The position numbers and the translations under genes were made by a program. This document shows, piece by piece, positions 62,112 to 64,000 of a DNA stretch of 64,000 nucleotides (positions within the stretch are counted from its first letter, which is position 1; every line of letters starts with the position of its first letter). The notes beneath the pieces were generated by a model. The model did not search any database, had not been told where the DNA came from, and saw nothing but the letters and a program-made list of their open reading frames with translations. This stretch comes from Myxococcota bacterium (GTDB lineage: Bacteria; Myxococcota_A; SURF-8), in assembly GCA_965140415.1 (NCBI GenBank), contig OZ223209.1:5184001-5248000 (forward strand), written 5' to 3'.

Positions 62112-62114
62112 GGC

Positions 62115-64000
62115 TTACCTCGCTGTGTTCGATTCGGAATCGGAGGCGACTTCGATATCTTCATACCCGGTGACCATCGCTTTCAGGTTGGAAGTCAGCG
62201 TATGGCCGGTGGTGATCAGGTACAGATGGGCTGCAATAAAGCTGAGCAGCAACCAGCTTCCAAGATTGTGTAACGGCGCAACCAGGCTTAACCCCTGAAT
62301 ATTCGCGGCGGTTTCCGGCCACTGCGACACGGCCCAGATCAATAAACCGGTAACGACCTGGAAGGGGAACAGCACGTTCATCAATCCCATATAGGTGATC
62401 TGCTGCAAGGGATTCAGCTTGCGTTCCGGTGTCTTTTCGATGGGATGCGGTGCACCGACGAAAATGCCGTTCAGGTAATATTGGGCCTGCACCAGCACAT
62501 CCTGAATGAACGATTCCCGCCTGGGAATGAACTGCCGGATGTTGGCAGTCGCCAGATGGTAGAAAAGAGAAAGCAGCGCATTGACGATCATAATCACCGC
62601 CAGCACATTGTGCATGTCCACGGCGAGGCGGAAGCCGAATAGGTGCAGGCTACCCATGTAGTGGATTTCCAATCCCGTCAACGCCAGCAGTATGATACTT
62701 GCAGCCATCAACCAGTGCCAGATGCGCTCGTATAGCTGGTACATATACACGCGCTTCATCTTGGCGTGCGACTGTTGCCGATGTTTGCGGGTGAAGATGC
62801 GGTAGGAAGCGTGCGCGCCCAGTCCCAGCGCGGTCATGATGAAGAAGGCCAATCCGAGCAGATCGCTCCAGGGCTGACGGTCATGCCCGAGGATATAAAC
62901 ATCCCCGCTGCGTTGCGGTGCGAAGGTCACGCTCGCTCTGTCCTGTACGATTGAGCCGCCAACGGCCAATCCGTCCGTGGACGGTCCCTGTGGGGCCATA
63001 CCTCCAACAAGAGAAGCCGTCAGCATCACCGGGCGGTCGATCGCGGTCTGCTCGCCGTGACAGCGCGTACAATCCAAGGTAACGGCGTTATGATCTTTCA
63101 CGCCGTGCGAGACAGCAAGCACATCCAGGCGCGAAACGATTTTCGGGTCGTTCACGCCAACCGCAACAAGCCGCGCCCTGGCCGCTGCGATTTCCGAGTC
63201 GTCACCAAGCTTCCATTCGCCGTCTTCCACCTTGCCGTCGTGGTCGTCGTCCAAAGCGGCAGCCAGATTGGGATGCAGCTCGCCATCGACGAAAAAGGCT
63301 TTCATCAGCAGTTCGCGAGAAAGCGGCTCATCGATTTCTTTTCCGCGCCAATACCAGCTTGTCAGCATATTGGCCGCATGAACGCGGGACTGACCGTCAT
63401 CATCCAGAGCAGTCAACAAAAACGGTTGATAACGACGAACGTAGCGAACATTGGCGACTTTTCCACGGTCCGCATCCGCGTTCCAGTATTCCACCTGCGA
63501 TCCGCCATCGGCAAGCGGCAGAGTCGCATCAATCGTGCGTGCAACGGGGGCCGTCCATTCAGGGACGTGACAGCTCTGGCAGGAAACGCGCTCCATATGG
63601 CGCTGCTTGTAAGGCAGATCCTCATGGATCACCATCGGATCGTGACAATCGGTGCACTTCGAGCTTAACAGGCGATGATCGGGTTTCTTCAGAAAGTCAC
63701 CAAGGTCCATGCGGCGCGGGTCGTTGCGCAGATGCGCCAGCGGCTCGGCTTCCTTTTTGCTGTGCTTAGGTGAATTGGCCGGGTAATGACAATCGGCGCA
63801 GGAAAGCAGCCGTTCGGCATGTACGTCCCAGGCATACGGTTTGTCGTCCTTGCCTTCAATATTCAGATAGGAATCGCGGATCGGGTGACGCGAAAAAATA
63901 ACGCCGCTTCTCCGCGTCTGACTGAACGGATCTTCATCCGTCAGCAAACTGGCTTTGCTGTCGAAATCGTTGGGGAGACGCATGGGAAAACGGTCATCGT
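62115..64000 (-). CDS. Multiheme cytochrome c fused to a cytochrome b (FdnI/HupC/PhsC-like) membrane domain, partial (5' end beyond the window)
   Basis: CADCH, CTDCH, CQSCH, CTRCH; ERIWHW, MHNVL, KLNPLQQ, LHN...FIAAHLY; frame open to the window edge. Confidence 0.88.
   Translation of the reverse strand, partial: DDRFPMRLPNDFDSKASLLTDEDPFSQTRRSGVIFSRHPIRDSYLNIEGKDDKPYAWDVHAERLLSCADCHYPANSPKHSKKEAEPLAHLRNDPRRMDLGDFLKKPDHRLLSSKCTDCHDPMVIHEDLPYKQRHMERVSCQSCHVPEWTAPVARTIDATLPLADGGSQVEYWNADADRGKVANVRYVRRYQPFLLTALDDDGQSRVHAANMLTSWYWRGKEIDEPLSRELLMKAFFVDGELHPNLAAALDDDHDGKVEDGEWKLGDDSEIAAARARLVAVGVNDPKIVSRLDVLAVSHGVKDHNAVTLDCTRCHGEQTAIDRPVMLTASLVGGMAPQGPSTDGLAVGGSIVQDRASVTFAPQRSGDVYILGHDRQPWSDLLGLAFFIMTALGLGAHASYRIFTRKHRQQSHAKMKRVYMYQLYERIWHWLMAASIILLALTGLEIHYMGSLHLFGFRLAVDMHNVLAVIMIVNALLSLFYHLATANIRQFIPRRESFIQDVLVQAQYYLNGIFVGAPHPIEKTPERKLNPLQQITYMGLMNVLFPFQVVTGLLIWAVSQWPETAANIQGLSLVAPLHNLGSWLLLSFIAAHLYLITTGHTLTSNLKAMVTGYEDIEVASDSESNTAR

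Overview
Chromosomal window from a deltaproteobacteria-like bacterium (judged from the 16S sequence, the many acidic 'DGD'-linker Cys-rich lipoproteins and the sigma54/two-component-rich regulation). In order: secreted/lipoprotein genes (a DUF1566+WD40 mosaic and an Hcp/Sel1-like repeat protein); a sigma54-driven flhA-flhF-flhG-fliA unit; a cluster of GTAG-REP-like hairpins around an orphan ORF; a sigma54-driven two-component cluster containing a receiver-SLC13 transporter fusion; Smr protein; an orphan ABC ATPase; a cobalamin riboswitch controlling an unknown 84-aa protein; an M28 peptidase; a MEDS protein plus hybrid PAS/GAF kinase; trxB; htpX; a complete rrn operon (16S-Ile-Ala-23S-5S, three tandem promoters); O-methyltransferase/PuuD-like genes; a repeat-rich fibre protein with a partner lipoprotein; merR-SSS-ablB; tetR-etfB-etfA; more lipoproteins. 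At the right edge is a putative sulfur-redox module: a multiheme cytochrome c-cytochrome b fusion plus a split YeeE/YedE pair, whose second subunit carries an apparently Cys-less rhodanese domain and a SoxY-like C-terminal GGCG arm. That module is the best candidate for an undescribed system. All family calls come from motif recognition by eye; no searches were run.
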